Shown piece after piece: positions 16,124 to 16,509 of a DNA stretch of 16,509 bases. Positions within the stretch are counted from its first letter, which is position 1; each line of letters opens with the position of its first letter. Position numbers and translations under genes: made by a program. The stretch lies in NCBI GenBank assembly GCA_045106895.1, contig JBGCFM010000206.1, positions 1 through 16,509 of the forward strand. Direction: 5' to 3'. The notes under the pieces were generated by a model, which saw only the letters and a program-made list of their open reading frames with translations, did not search any database and was not told the origin of the DNA. The stretch comes from Polyangiales bacterium (lineage in GTDB: Bacteria > Myxococcota_A > Polyangia > Polyangiales > Houyiibacteriaceae).

Positions 16124-16401
16124 GCGACAAGACTCTCGTGTGCCGCTGCGAAGATGTGACGCTTCATGCCATTGAGGAGGCTGTGGCGCGGGGCCACCGC
16201 GACATTGAGTCCGTGAAGCGCTACACGGGCTTTGGGACGGGCTGGTGCCAAGGAAAGCAGTGCTCAGCGCTGTGCGCCCGTGAGGTTGTTCGACTCGGCG
16301 GCGACACTCCGACCCAGCCCGTCACGCCACGCCCACCGGTGCACCCGCTCTCTCTTGCGGAACTGGCGACGCTTCTGGAGGACGGAGACCCAGAGCCGTG
16401 A
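16120..16401 (+). CDS. BFD-like [2Fe-2S]-binding protein (SoxA/HcnB C-terminal-like domain as a separate gene)
   Basis: LVCRCEDVT...KRYTGFGTGWCQGKQC...TPRPPVHP; GTG start overlaps the upstream TGA. Confidence 0.88.
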   Translation: MSDKTLVCRCEDVTLHAIEEAVARGHRDIESVKRYTGFGTGWCQGKQCSALCAREVVRLGGDTPTQPVTPRPPVHPLSLAELATLLEDGDPEP

Positions 16402-16423
16402 GCGTTACTACGAAAGACAGCGT

Positions 16424-16509
16424 GTGACGGCCGGCGGCAAAAAGCCCATCACTCATGACCCGTCGGACTTGCCTTCGTCCGCAGACGTCGTGGTTGTCGG
16501 CGCGGGCAT
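16424..16509 (+). CDS. FAD-dependent oxidoreductase, DAO/sarcosine oxidase beta/HcnC-like (N-terminus only, truncated by window edge)
   Basis: Manual translation from GTG 16424 gives MTAGGKKPITHDPSDLPSSADVVVVGAG(I/M), the start of an N-terminal GxGxxG Rossmann motif. Context fits the preceding two genes. Not in the supplied ORF track. Confidence 0.75.
   Translation, partial: MTAGGKKPITHDPSDLPSSADVVVVGAG

Overview
GC-rich bacterial window; gene content and protein style suggest Myxococcota, possibly Polyangiales-like (inference). In order, it holds: (1) the 3' part of a DUF1552-type gene; (2) a minus-strand OmpR-family response regulator and HAMP histidine kinase pair (ChvI/ChvG- or CreB/CreC-like); (3) a minus-strand membrane protein with a zinc ribbon, about 17 FG-containing repeats and a Cys-rich C-terminal domain, followed by a strong terminator; (4) a divergent partial complex I operon, nuoE-F-J-K-L-M-N, behind a near-consensus sigma70 promoter, with no nuoA-D/G/H/I in the window; (5) a tightly linked lipoprotein with a degenerate cupredoxin-like domain; (6) a three-gene sarcosine oxidase/HcnABC/proline dehydrogenase-like flavo-Fe-S module running off the right edge. 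The most unusual element is NuoL (978 aa). It has a ~288-aa soluble C-terminal extension, predicted periplasmic, that reads as a PKD-like beta-sandwich interrupted by two nested inserts (a subtilase-prodomain/ferredoxin-fold-like domain and a degenerate FHA-like domain). NuoF and NuoM also carry atypical extensions. All domain calls are by-eye motif recognition, not database results.
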